Positions 48,706 to 58,700 of a stretch of DNA of 64,000 nucleotides are shown here, one piece after another. A program made the position numbers and the translations under genes. Below the pieces are notes generated by a model that was not told the DNA's origin, made no database searches, and was given only the letters and a program-made list of their open reading frames with translations. The stretch is from Alphaproteobacteria bacterium (GTDB lineage: Bacteria > Pseudomonadota > Alphaproteobacteria > CAAHEQ01 > UBA3637). The stretch's first letter is position 1; every line of letters starts with the position of its first letter. The stretch covers positions 465 through 64,464 of the forward strand of contig SUUT01000002.1 of assembly GCA_015062385.1 (NCBI GenBank). The letters are read 5' to 3'.

Positions 48706-50085
48706 ATGCGGTTTGTTTGTTTTGCTTTTTTTACAGGGGTTTGTTTATGTGCTCTTTCGGTTTGGAGTTTTGATTTTGAAAAATGTGAAACCGAATTAAT
48801 GCAATTAGAAGAAAAAACGGATATAGTTGATAATAGGACGTTGTATGATGCTTGCGGTTTTGCAAATGAACAAACAGTATGGCGTAAATGGGCACCATTT
48901 GCCTCTCGTAAAAATGCAAGAAAAATGCTTTATGAAATCTGTTATCGTTATCCGAAACATACTTATCATCAAATGTATTGTGATAAAGCCTTTCACACTG
49001 GATATGGTCCGGCTGTTGCATATAAAGCAATTAAGTTGTTAAAACAAAATAATGGAGATTTAGGCTTGCGTGTTGCGGCGGTTGCAGCTGAAAGCGGTGA
49101 ATTGAATTTGGAGCAGTCAGGTTCCTTATCTGAGGCTGTTGCAGTGTATTATTTAAAGCAAAATAATGAACGATTTAAAGATTATTTACAACTGGCTACG
49201 GCACAGCGTTCCGCTTTGGCAAATCATATATCGGGTGTTTTATTGTATCAATCATCCGATGGAACACTTGAAAATTCAAGACAGGCCTTTGATCATATTT
49301 GGAGAGCCATTTTATTGGGTTGTGTGGCGGCACAGGAGAATTTGGGTTTGTTTCATTTGGTTTTGCAGAAAAAAATTGATATCAAATTAGCAAAAGATAT
49401 AATGAAACGACAGATGTTTTCATGTGACGGAACGGTTTTTGAAGAACAGGAAATTTTTGATGAAGTATTATATGCTTGTCAATGTAAAAGCGTGTTAACA
49501 ACAGAACGAAGATTTCGGGAGAAACCGTTTTTAATGAAATCAAGTACGGGAGAACGGGCCATTTTGGCAGATAAAGACGGGATAGAATATAATGTTGGGG
49601 TAGGGGATAATCTGCCTAATCAGGGAACGGTTGCCGAAGTGCATAAAACGGGTGTTGTTTTAACGTATCCTAATGAGCGGGTTGTTTTGAATCTTTATCA
49701 AGAAAATCAATGTGTTCCCTTTTGTAAAAAATATCAGATTAATGAAAATTTAACACCTGAACAAATGAAAGAAAAATTATCAGGACAAACTATGCGTATA
49801 AAACCGTATCGGATAACATTTACCGATAAAGAATGTCAGGATATTGCTTATTATGCTCCGTATTATGTAGATGTAAATTTACCGTATTTCGGTAAAACGG
49901 AATGTCAGGCTGCTGGGCAGAATTTCAATCAGGAAGATTTATTACTTAAATCATTACAATCAAGTGGAATAACCGATATTGACGTGAATGAAGAAACGAT
50001 ACAAATTCAAAAACCGGAAGAATTGTCGGATGAAAGTCGCAGACAGTTATATCAATTAGGTAATGATTTGATAAATAGTAAGTAA
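48706..50085 (+). CDS. Secreted protein with possible Sel1-like repeats
   Basis: Signal peptide MRFVCFAFFTGVCLCALSVWS behind RBS aaggag. The central region has SLR-like A/L/G periodicity. Weak family call. Confidence 0.45.
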   Translation: MRFVCFAFFTGVCLCALSVWSFDFEKCETELMQLEEKTDIVDNRTLYDACGFANEQTVWRKWAPFASRKNARKMLYEICYRYPKHTYHQMYCDKAFHTGYGPAVAYKAIKLLKQNNGDLGLRVAAVAAESGELNLEQSGSLSEAVAVYYLKQNNERFKDYLQLATAQRSALANHISGVLLYQSSDGTLENSRQAFDHIWRAILLGCVAAQENLGLFHLVLQKKIDIKLAKDIMKRQMFSCDGTVFEEQEIFDEVLYACQCKSVLTTERRFREKPFLMKSSTGERAILADKDGIEYNVGVGDNLPNQGTVAEVHKTGVVLTYPNERVVLNLYQENQCVPFCKKYQINENLTPEQMKEKLSGQTMRIKPYRITFTDKECQDIAYYAPYYVDVNLPYFGKTECQAAGQNFNQEDLLLKSLQSSGITDIDVNEETIQIQKPEELSDESRRQLYQLGNDLINSK

Positions 50086-50120
50086 TTTAAGCATAAACAC
50101 TTAAAAATACAAAAAAAGAC

Positions 50121-50149
50121 TTGATTTTTAAAAAAAATATATGTATAAT
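50121..50149 (+). promoter_or_regulatory. Sigma70-type promoter of rpsF-rpsR-rplI
   Basis: TTGATT-17 nt-TATAAT, leaving a ~115-nt leader that contains the hairpin ccttg...caagg. Confidence 0.6.
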
Positions 50150-50268
50150 AAACCCGATTCCGATTAAATCCTTGCTCTTGCTATCGGACAAGGGCTATGT
50201 TTCAGGCATTTATTCATGGGGAATATTTGTTATAACCGAAACGAGAAAAACCAAAAGGAGAGGATATT

Positions 50269-50649
50269 ATGCCTTTTTATGAAAACGTCTTTATTGCACG
50301 TCAAGATTTAACACCGGCAAAAGTTTCCGAATTAACAGACAAATATGCTTCTGTTATCGAAAACAACGGTGGTAAAGTTTCAAAACGTGAAAACTGGGGC
50401 TTACGTACATTAGCCTACAAAATCCAAAAAAACCGCAAAGGTTATTATATGTTAATGAACATTGATGCACCGGCAGCTGCTGTTGTTGAAATGGAACGTT
50501 TAATGCGTTTGGATGAAAATTTATTACGCTATTTAACTGTAAAAGTTGATGCTTTGGAAGAAGGTCCGTCTGTTATGATGGAACCGAAATCACGCAAAGC
50601 AAAAACAGAAGACAAATATGATGTTGAAATTGCGGAAGGAGATATGTAA
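50269..50649 (+). CDS. rpsF: 30S ribosomal protein S6
   Basis: [14 protein letters not shown]...[34 protein letters not shown]. Confidence 0.97.
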   Translation: MPFYENVFIARQDLTPAKVSELTDKYASVIENNGGKVSKRENWGLRTLAYKIQKNRKGYYMLMNIDAPAAAVVEMERLMRLDENLLRYLTVKVDALEEGPSVMMEPKSRKAKTEDKYDVEIAEGDM

Positions 50650-50879
50650 TGGCTGAAAAAAGTTCATTTTATCGTCATAAAAAATCATGTCAGTTTTGCT
50701 CAAGCGAAGTAACTGAAATTGATTATAAAGATGTTAAATTATTAAGCCACTTTATCACAGAACGTGGTAAAATGGTTCCATCCCGTGTTTCTGCTACATG
50801 TGCAAAACACCAACGCAGTTTATCAAAAGCAATTAAACGTGCACGTTTCTTAGCTTTATTGCCTTTTGTTGCTGATTAA
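50649..50879 (+). CDS. rpsR: 30S ribosomal protein S18
   Basis: [50 protein letters not shown]. Confidence 0.97.
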   Translation: MAEKSSFYRHKKSCQFCSSEVTEIDYKDVKLLSHFITERGKMVPSRVSATCAKHQRSLSKAIKRARFLALLPFVAD

Positions 50880-50893
50880 GAAAGGGGAATAAA

Positions 50894-51415
50894 ATGGAAG
50901 TTATTTTATTAGAACGAATTGAACGTTTAGGACAAATGGGTGACGTGGTTAACGTTAAAAATGGTTATGCCCGTAACTATTTGTTGCCTCAAAAGAAAGC
51001 CTTACGTAAAACAAAAGACAACATGGCTTTATTTGAATCAAAACGGAAAGAGTATGAAGCATACAACTTAAAATTAAAATCCGAAGCTGAAGATTTGGCT
51101 CATAAAATGGAAAATTTATCAGTTGTTATTGTTCGTCAAGCTGCTGAAACAGGTCAATTATATGGTTCTGTTACGGTTCGTGACATTTGTGATGCTGTTC
51201 GTGAAGCCGGCTTCAAGATTGAACGTCGTCAAATTGATTTAGGACAACCATTCAAAAATTTAGGTATTTTTGATGTTCGTTTGTCTTTGCATCCGGATGT
51301 TGCTCAAACTGTTCGTGTTAACATTGCACGTTCTGCTGATGAAGCAAAACGGGCAGCTAACAAGCAAAAGAAAGCTGAAGAAGCTGTTGCCGCTGCTGAA
51401 ACTGTTGAAGCTTAA
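50894..51415 (+). CDS. rplI: 50S ribosomal protein L9
   Basis: MEVILLERIERLGQMGDVVNVKNGYARNYLLPQKKA. Confidence 0.97.
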   Translation: MEVILLERIERLGQMGDVVNVKNGYARNYLLPQKKALRKTKDNMALFESKRKEYEAYNLKLKSEAEDLAHKMENLSVVIVRQAAETGQLYGSVTVRDICDAVREAGFKIERRQIDLGQPFKNLGIFDVRLSLHPDVAQTVRVNIARSADEAKRAANKQKKAEEAVAAAETVEA

Positions 51416-51441
51416 TCCGTTTGAACAGATAGAATCTGTAT

Positions 51442-51476
51442 ATACCACCTCTTATTTAAGGGGTGGTATTTTATTT
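51442..51476 (+). terminator. Intrinsic terminator after rplI
   Basis: 8-bp stem ataccacc/ggtggtat followed by tttatttc. Confidence 0.65.
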
Positions 51477-51960
51477 CTTATGTCATATTTTTTACAAATT
51501 CCGTTGTTTTGTCCGAAATCTTGTTACGTAATAGCCCTATTGTTCATGTTTGTTTTATGCAAGATGGCGGACTAAATTCGGTATAACAATGTAGAGTGAA
51601 ACCGTTACTTTATATCCTTTGTATTCCCATCATCATCGTCACTTCGGACTTAATCCGGAGTAGTGTTACAATAATTGTTATTTAAAGTATGGTATAATAG
51701 CATCGGAAGCAGATGATTGTTTCAGAGTAGAACATACAGTTCGTCGTCATCTTAATTTCCGCTTCCTTTTATACTTGTCACTTGATGGGGTGTTTGTACC
51801 ATTTGTTCACGAGTGTGTACGTTAATAATTGTAAGTACAAGGAGTATTATAATACAAAACACTTTAAAGTTCAATCATTTTTTAGGTGACGTATTTAAAA
51901 ACAAACTAGATATTTATGATACAAAAACAAAGACTTATATAAAGGTTTCCAATACTTAAA

Positions 51961-52290
51961 GTGTTTATCAAAACACAAACACCGACCTCGGATTTATTAG
52001 TTGTCATTGACTTAAAGAGTGGCTATGAGCAAAAAGCCGCGGATCTTTTTTATCAAGCGGGTTTTTGCGTTTACAGAGTCGAAGGAAGTCGTGTCAAATA
52101 CTTTTTACGAGTTATCGGACAGAATGCCAAAACCGATAAAATAGATGTCAAAGGGTTGGCTCTTTCTGCCCTAAAAACACAAGAAATGCTACAATTATAC
52201 ACTCCGATAAATGGGTAGTTATTAGCGTTATTCGGTATTTAGCGGATTTAAACAAATACTTGAACAGGCAATTAATCGTTATCAAACGAT
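51961..52290 (+). pseudogene. IS110-family (DEDD) transposase remnant
   Basis: The 85-aa fragment has VVIDLKSG...YQAGFCVYRVEGSRVKYFLRVIGQNAKTDKIDVKGLA, the IS110 N-terminal domain signature with an internal deletion. A frameshifted continuation (IRYLADLNKYLNRQL) follows. No C-terminal catalytic Ser domain is present. Confidence 0.6.
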
Positions 52291-52370
52291 GACGGTTGGG
52301 GTAAAAAGAATATAGTAATAAATATAATGAACATGATAACACGAATTGTATAAAAGTATCTATCCGCAAT

Positions 52371-52523
52371 AAAAGGGACGTATAAATGCAACACTTTTTT
52401 TCACTTTTTGAGATTTTTTTTGATTTTAATTAACTTATTAAATTAAAACAATAATCTTTCATTTCTGTAAAAATCAGATTTTTCTATTTTGAATAGGAAA
52501 AAAAAGGTCCCTTTTTTTATAAT
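52371..52523 (+). promoter_or_regulatory. Conserved IR-bounded 5' module, copy C, plus adjacent TATAAT
   Basis: IR aaaagggac (52371-52379) and gtccctttt (52507-52515). TATAAT lies at 52518-52523. The ends are nearly identical to copy A. Confidence 0.55.
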
Positions 52524-52559
52524 CATTTCATAAATGCAACTTTATGATGTGAGGAAAAT

Positions 52560-54506
52560 ATGCAAACTAAAATAAATGAACTTGGTCGTTCAATGGTGGA
52601 AATGCTGGGGGTTCTGGCAATTATCGGTGTATTATCTGTTGCCGGTGTTGCTACTTACCAATATGCGTTAACGGCTTATCAAGCCGGAAAAGTACAGGAT
52701 GTTCTCGGAAAAGCCAAAACATTGGCACAAACAGATTCTCGGGCATCCCATGCGTTAGAAGTTAATCGGTTTATTAAATCAGCACTTCCTGAATATGTCC
52801 CTGATGACAAAAAATCCATGGTCAAGCTCGTTGACGGTAATTATCAGGTAACGACATTTAAAGTACTTTATAAAGTATGTGAAAAACTCTTGCAAAAAGA
52901 ACGTATTTTAAATGATATAGGTATTTCTGTTTTAACAAGAACGTGCGGAAATCCAAACAGCAAAACAAATATGGTGTTTTCTTTTAATGCAATTCCAGTT
53001 GTTAATTCAGACAGTCATTTCGGCGGAACCACTGAAACAGAAACGGATAATCCCAATATTGAACCGCAATCCTGCCCTGATAAAATGGTATGGCGACAAA
53101 AAGAAGATGGCACTTATGGTTGTGTTTGTCGGCACGCTTTTGAGTATGGAGACAATTGCGAACGATGTGAATATCCAAGAGAATGGAAAAATGATTCGTG
53201 TCAATGTCCGGCTTTAACTCCGTATTATGACGGCGAAAAATGTATCACATGTACGGAAGCAACCGACGGGACACAACCATATTTTGATAACGGTGTTTGT
53301 GTTGGTGGTCGATTTTGTCTTTCATTTGATGCAACAGCAGACAAAAACACTTGTATGACATGTGATGATACAACGGGACAATTATTGGAAAAACCAAACG
53401 GAGAAGTCTGTTCCATTAAAGGATTGGAAGGAACATGTATCAACGGAGAATGTCTTATCCCCTGTGACACACAAGACGATTGTGGTGGTATTCATAGTGA
53501 TTTTTATTGCCATTATGAATTTAACGAGCCGGTGTATGGTATTGTCTGTCGAACACCATTAAATCCAGCGGATAGAAAAAGATATTGTGTATCAAAAGAA
53601 CGGGCAACACAATCTATTTCCTCAACAGCAGCAGATTCCATTAAACAATATAAAATATCAAAAGAAAGAATGAATTGGTATGATGCCGAAAATTTCTGTA
53701 AATCTTGGGGTATGCGAATGCCAACTTATGCGGATTTTGGATGTTCATTCCATCCACACAACACTTGTGCAACCACTCCAATTGTAGAATTAGGCCAGAC
53801 ATTTGGCAGTAATTATATATGGATTAATCAAAACGATGGTCGTTGCCAGCATATGTCATTTCAGATGGGGAATGGGAAAATGGCTTCATGGGTATATGGT
53901 GCACTCGGTTGTCTTACAGTTTGCATTACAGATAATTCTATAGAGAAAACAGAAAATCCCTGTTCTTCAACAATAACATCTGATTGTCAAATTTGCAATC
54001 CGGAAACACAAGAAACTACCTTTTTGCCAAACGGGGATGAATGTGCATTGGATACAGGCGGAAAAGGTATTTGTCAAAATGGAGTTTGTATTTTGACCGG
54101 TCAGGGATGTAATGAAAACACAGATTGCAATACTGGTGAATATTGCCGTTATACAACTTGGGATATATCTACACACTCTCCGATTATCAATGAAGCAACA
54201 GGATACAAAGGCGTTTGTCGCATTGCTGTAAAGGAGCAAAAAGCATCAGATAAACCGGTGGAAACATCAGTGGAAGATTTAGATTGGTACAGTGCCAATA
54301 ATTTCTGCAAGGCATTGGGATTAACTCAAATTCAAAGTTGGTTTTGTGGTATGGATCGGTTTTGCTCAAATACCTATTTTAGCAATTTTACCAATAATTT
54401 TGGACAATCCGTTTTTTGGTGTGGTCCAAATTGTGGTATTTCTTACGGTAGCTACGTTTCCACATCAATATGGCCAGATAATACCTATAAACCATATTGT
54501 TATTAA
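52560..54506 (+). CDS. Modular type IV pilin-like protein with duplicated Cys-rich and C-type-lectin-like modules (648 aa)
   Basis: Leader MQTKINELG|RSMVEMLGVLAIIGVLSVAG. A pilin-like module with Cys pair VCEKLL...RTCGN. There are two copies of G(T/I)C.NG.C...DC..G.YC followed by W(Y).A.NFCK..G (NWYDAENFCKSWGMRMP and DWYSANNFCKALGLTQ). Confidence 0.75.
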   Translation: MQTKINELGRSMVEMLGVLAIIGVLSVAGVATYQYALTAYQAGKVQDVLGKAKTLAQTDSRASHALEVNRFIKSALPEYVPDDKKSMVKLVDGNYQVTTFKVLYKVCEKLLQKERILNDIGISVLTRTCGNPNSKTNMVFSFNAIPVVNSDSHFGGTTETETDNPNIEPQSCPDKMVWRQKEDGTYGCVCRHAFEYGDNCERCEYPREWKNDSCQCPALTPYYDGEKCITCTEATDGTQPYFDNGVCVGGRFCLSFDATADKNTCMTCDDTTGQLLEKPNGEVCSIKGLEGTCINGECLIPCDTQDDCGGIHSDFYCHYEFNEPVYGIVCRTPLNPADRKRYCVSKERATQSISSTAADSIKQYKISKERMNWYDAENFCKSWGMRMPTYADFGCSFHPHNTCATTPIVELGQTFGSNYIWINQNDGRCQHMSFQMGNGKMASWVYGALGCLTVCITDNSIEKTENPCSSTITSDCQICNPETQETTFLPNGDECALDTGGKGICQNGVCILTGQGCNENTDCNTGEYCRYTTWDISTHSPIINEATGYKGVCRIAVKEQKASDKPVETSVEDLDWYSANNFCKALGLTQIQSWFCGMDRFCSNTYFSNFTNNFGQSVFWCGPNCGISYGSYVSTSIWPDNTYKPYCY

Positions 54507-54751
54507 TAAATAATAGTATTCTTTGAATACGAATAATTGCTAATTTTTGAGCATTTATATCATGTCTGCCAGGTAAAGAAATTTTCGGATTTCGAGTTTT
54601 TATATAAAATATTGGCAAATTTTTTGTTTTCTATAAAATAGTTTTCGCTAGCTTGTACTCGTAGCATCATTTTTTTTACAAGTTTGTTTAGTCCTATAAT
54701 TTTGTATGCCATCGGTTGGACTGCATTATTTTCATTATCCTGAAATATTCG

Positions 54752-54788
54752 CAAAAAAACCACCGACAAATGTCGGTGGCTTTTTTTA
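54752..54788. terminator. Bidirectional intrinsic terminator between the pilin-like gene C and ppdK
   Basis: A7 run, then stem ccaccgaca/tgtcggtgg, then a T7 run. Confidence 0.7.
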
Positions 54789-54802
54789 GCGTGTATCAGT
54801 TC

Positions 54803-57466
54803 TTATTTTTCATTACGAACTGCGGCTTGTGCAGCAGCTAAACGAGCAATAGGAACACGATACGGAGAACATGATACGTATGTTAATCCGACACGATGAC
54901 AGAAGTCAATTGTTTTCGGATCACCACCGTGTTCACCGCAAATACCTAATTTGATATTCGGGCGGGTTGCTTTACCTTTTTGAACGGCAATATCAACCAA
55001 TGCACCAACACCTTCTTGATCCAAAGAAGCAAACGGATCTTGTTCGTAAATGCCTTTTTGGACATATTCAGGTAAGAAGGAACCAGCATCATCACGGCTC
55101 ATACCCAAAGTTGTTTGAGTTAAGTCGTTTGTACCAAAGCTGAAGAATTCTGCAGATTCTGCGATTTTATCAGCTGTAATGGCGGCACGTGGCAATTCAA
55201 TCATTGTACCAATATGGTATTCGAATGTTTTGCCTGTTTCTGCCATAACGGCATCAGCAACGCTGACAACAACTGATTTAGCTAAATCTAATTCTTTCTT
55301 TGTACCGACTAATGGAATCATAATTTCCGGAACAATTGTTTTGCCTGTTTTGTTCATCACTTCAACAGCAGCTTCAAAAACAGCACGAGCTTGCATTTCA
55401 TTAATTTCCGGATATGTTACGCCTAAACGGCAACCACGGTGACCCAACATCGGGTTGGCTTCGTGTAATTTTGCCGTACGTGCAGCGATTTCTTCAACGG
55501 AAACACCTAATTCACGTGCGATTTCAGCTTGTTCTTCTTTTTTGTTCGGTAAGAATTCATGCAAAGGCGGATCCAAGAAACGAATTGTTACCGGTAAACC
55601 TTCCATAATTGTGAACAAATCAATAAAGTCTTGACGTTGATACGGTAATAATTTGTTCAACGCTTTCCGACGATCTTCAACTGTGTGAGATAAAATCATT
55701 TCACGCATATGGTTAATACGAGCCGGATCAAAGAACATATGTTCTGTACGGCACAAACCAATACCTTCAGCACCAAATTGACGAGCTGTTTTAGCATCTA
55801 ACGGTGTTTCAGCATTTGTACGAACGCCTAATGTGCGGATTTCATCAACCCAACCCATAAATTCACCGAAATCACCAGTCATTTCAGGTAAAACTAATTT
55901 TAAAGCACCAGCCATTACTTCACCGGTTGTACCATCAATAGAAAGCATTTCGCCTTCTTTAATGATTGTTTCGCCGACTTTTAAGAATTTGGCATCATAA
56001 TCAATGCGTAAGTCTGAAACACCGGAAACACAAGGTTTACCCATACCACGAGCAACAACGGCTGCGTGAGATGTCATACCGCCACGAGCTGTTAAAATAC
56101 CTTGTGAAACGTGCATACCGGCAATATCTTCCGGAGATGTTTCAACACGAACCAAAATAACTTTTTTGCCTTCTTCTGCTGCTTTTTCAGCATCTTCAGC
56201 TGAGAAAACAACTTGACCGACGGCAGCCCCCGGAGATGCAGGTAAACCAGCTGTTAAAACAGTGCGTTTTTCTGCTTTGTCAAACATCGGGTGTAATAAT
56301 TGATCTAATTGACCTGCTTCAACACGCATAATAGCTGTTTTTTTGTCAATTAAACCTTCTTTAACCATTTCAACGGCAATGCGTAAAGCAGCTGTACCAG
56401 TGCGTTTACCATTACGTGTTTGTAACATCCACAATTTTCCGTCTTGGATTGTGAATTCCATATCTTGCATATCTTTATAGTGTGCTTCTAATTTTGCACG
56501 AATATCACACAATTCTTTAAAGACAACCGGGAATTCTTCTTCCATACATGGTAAATCTGTACCACTGCGTTCTTTAACGAGTTTTGTCATCGGTTGTGGC
56601 GTACGAATACCGGCAACAACGTCTTCACCTTGTGCATTTTTCAAATATTCACCATAGAAATAATTTTCACCTGTTGCAGGGTCACGAGAGAAGCAAACAC
56701 CTGTTGCAGATGTATCACCATAGTTTCCGAAGACCATTGTTTGAACGTTAACGGCTGTACCCCAATCGCTTGGAATGTTGTTCAGTTTGCGGTAGTAGAT
56801 AGCACGATCAACCATCCAAGAACCAAACACAGCACCAATACCCCCCCATAATTGTTCAACAGGGTCTTGTGGCAACGGATGACCGTCTTTTTCGCAGATT
56901 TCTTTATATTCTTTAATGACTTCTTTTAATTGTTCAACAGTCATTTGATTGTCAAATTGATAACCGTTTTCTTCACGAACACGATCTAAAACAGCTTCAA
57001 ATTTTGAACTGTGAACGCCCATAACAACGTCACCATACATTTGAATGAAACGACGATAACTGTCATAAGCAAATTTCGGATTACCTGATTTTTCAGCTAA
57101 ACCGACAACTGTTTCATCGTTTAAACCAAGGTTTAAAACCGTATCCATCATACCCGGCATGGAAACACGAGCACCGGAACGAACGGAGAATAACAACGGA
57201 TTGGACGGATCACCGAATTTTTTACCCATTGTTTTTTCAATTTCAGCCAAGGCTTCCATAACCTGATCTTTTAAATCGGCAGGATAGGAATTGTTGTTGG
57301 CATAATAATATGTACAAACTTCTGTTGTAATGGTGAAACCCGGAGGAACAGGAACACCGACACGGCTCATTTCAGCCAAATTGGCACCTTTACCACCTAA
57401 TAAATTACGCATGCTGGCATCGCCTTGAGCCGCACCGTCACCAAAAGTATAAACCCATTTTGTCAT
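54803..57466 (-). CDS. ppdK: Pyruvate, phosphate dikinase
   Basis: 887 aa with an ATP-grasp N-terminus, the phosphohistidine swivel motif [13 protein letters not shown], and the PEP-utilising TIM barrel ([11 protein letters not shown]). Confidence 0.97.
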   Translation of the reverse strand: MTKWVYTFGDGAAQGDASMRNLLGGKGANLAEMSRVGVPVPPGFTITTEVCTYYYANNNSYPADLKDQVMEALAEIEKTMGKKFGDPSNPLLFSVRSGARVSMPGMMDTVLNLGLNDETVVGLAEKSGNPKFAYDSYRRFIQMYGDVVMGVHSSKFEAVLDRVREENGYQFDNQMTVEQLKEVIKEYKEICEKDGHPLPQDPVEQLWGGIGAVFGSWMVDRAIYYRKLNNIPSDWGTAVNVQTMVFGNYGDTSATGVCFSRDPATGENYFYGEYLKNAQGEDVVAGIRTPQPMTKLVKERSGTDLPCMEEEFPVVFKELCDIRAKLEAHYKDMQDMEFTIQDGKLWMLQTRNGKRTGTAALRIAVEMVKEGLIDKKTAIMRVEAGQLDQLLHPMFDKAEKRTVLTAGLPASPGAAVGQVVFSAEDAEKAAEEGKKVILVRVETSPEDIAGMHVSQGILTARGGMTSHAAVVARGMGKPCVSGVSDLRIDYDAKFLKVGETIIKEGEMLSIDGTTGEVMAGALKLVLPEMTGDFGEFMGWVDEIRTLGVRTNAETPLDAKTARQFGAEGIGLCRTEHMFFDPARINHMREMILSHTVEDRRKALNKLLPYQRQDFIDLFTIMEGLPVTIRFLDPPLHEFLPNKKEEQAEIARELGVSVEEIAARTAKLHEANPMLGHRGCRLGVTYPEINEMQARAVFEAAVEVMNKTGKTIVPEIMIPLVGTKKELDLAKSVVVSVADAVMAETGKTFEYHIGTMIELPRAAITADKIAESAEFFSFGTNDLTQTTLGMSRDDAGSFLPEYVQKGIYEQDPFASLDQEGVGALVDIAVQKGKATRPNIKLGICGEHGGDPKTIDFCHRVGLTYVSCSPYRVPIARLAAAQAAVRNEK

Positions 57467-57605
57467 TATTTATCCTTTTTTTTTAAGTTTAACAAAACCA
57501 CTAAAGAATATATATAGTGGAAAATTTTATTTTTTCACTTCGTTTGTTTATCACTTTTTCATATTGATTGCAAGTGCTTTTTTTTTCTTGAAAGATATAA
57601 AATTC

Positions 57606-57633
57606 TTGACAAAATTTTAAAAATCAGTACAAT
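57606..57633 (+). promoter_or_regulatory. Sigma70-type promoter of the ankyrin gene
   Basis: TTGACA-16 nt-TACAAT, ~35 nt upstream of the ATG. Confidence 0.5.
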
Positions 57634-57668
57634 TAGTTAAAAATTGGTAATGATTGAAGGAAAAATGA

Positions 57669-58580
57669 ATGATAAGTAAAAATATATGGCGTTTTTTTAA
57701 GGCTGATTTGATTAGAAAATATAAGGAGCAAATCAGTAAAAAAGTATATTTTAAAAATAATGGTTCTTTATTAAGTATAGCTCTTAAAACGGATAATAAA
57801 GCATTATTTAATGATATTATGATTTCACCATACGTTCAGGAAGCCTTGGCAGAGCTGGATTTATACGGATATTCTCCATTACATTATGCTTTATTTAAAA
57901 TGGATGATTCTTTTGAGAGAATGACAAAAAAACAACAAGATTTAATGTCTATTGATGAATTTGGGGCTCCGTTTTTATTGACGTGTTATCAGCATTTGCA
58001 AAAAAATGCTACAACCTATATGATGCCCAAATATCACAAGATTTACAATCGTATTAAAGATGCTCTAAAAAATGTGAAAAATGTTGATATTCAAACAGAT
58101 GATGGAGAAACATTTTTAACAACGGCTTTAAAATATAATGATGCTAGAATGTGTCGCTTATTGTTAGATAAAGGGGCTTCTCCTCTTCAGGGAGCTGTCC
58201 GGATTCGAGGTGATAAATTAAATGCTTTGGAATATGCATTATATCAAAATGAACTGTATACAGCTCAATATTTAGCTAAACGTGCAAATATCAGTGATGT
58301 GGAATACACCTTCGCTCTCAACAAGGCAGAACGTTTGAAAAATTTAAAACGTGTTATCTTTTCAGAGTTGCAATCGTATTTGATTGTTGCAGGTATTTTT
58401 ATTTTAAGTGGTGGTATTATGCATATAAATCAGCAGATTAAATCATCTTCCTCTCAAAAGTCTGAAACGGTTGAAACAAAGCTAGATGTATCGACTGCAA
58501 CCAATAATAAAGCAAAAAAAATAAAAACGCATTTACCTAAGCAACTGAATGATGATACAAACGGGCGGACCGGTCGTTAA
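57669..58580 (+). CDS. Ankyrin-repeat protein with a C-terminal TM helix
   Basis: Degenerate ANK repeats (GYSPLHYALF, GETFLTTALKYNDARMCRLLLDKGASP) and a hydrophobic helix YLIVAGIFILSGGIM. Confidence 0.7.
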   Translation: MISKNIWRFFKADLIRKYKEQISKKVYFKNNGSLLSIALKTDNKALFNDIMISPYVQEALAELDLYGYSPLHYALFKMDDSFERMTKKQQDLMSIDEFGAPFLLTCYQHLQKNATTYMMPKYHKIYNRIKDALKNVKNVDIQTDDGETFLTTALKYNDARMCRLLLDKGASPLQGAVRIRGDKLNALEYALYQNELYTAQYLAKRANISDVEYTFALNKAERLKNLKRVIFSELQSYLIVAGIFILSGGIMHINQQIKSSSSQKSETVETKLDVSTATNNKAKKIKTHLPKQLNDDTNGRTGR

Positions 58581-58700
58581 AAATATATTGTTAAAATTAA
58601 TATATTTTAATTGTTTCTAAAATAATTCTTTTTTTTCTTTCTTTTTCTGTATAAATAGTGCTATATACTTAAACAGATATAATAGTAAAGGGGAGAAAAA

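Noticed and set aside
52560-54506. Diversity-generating retroelement target, suggested by the lectin-like C-terminus of a surface protein.
   Set aside because: There is no reverse transcriptase anywhere in the window. I found no template-repeat-like copy of the 3' coding region in the flanking non-coding DNA (54507-54800 or 51416-52559).
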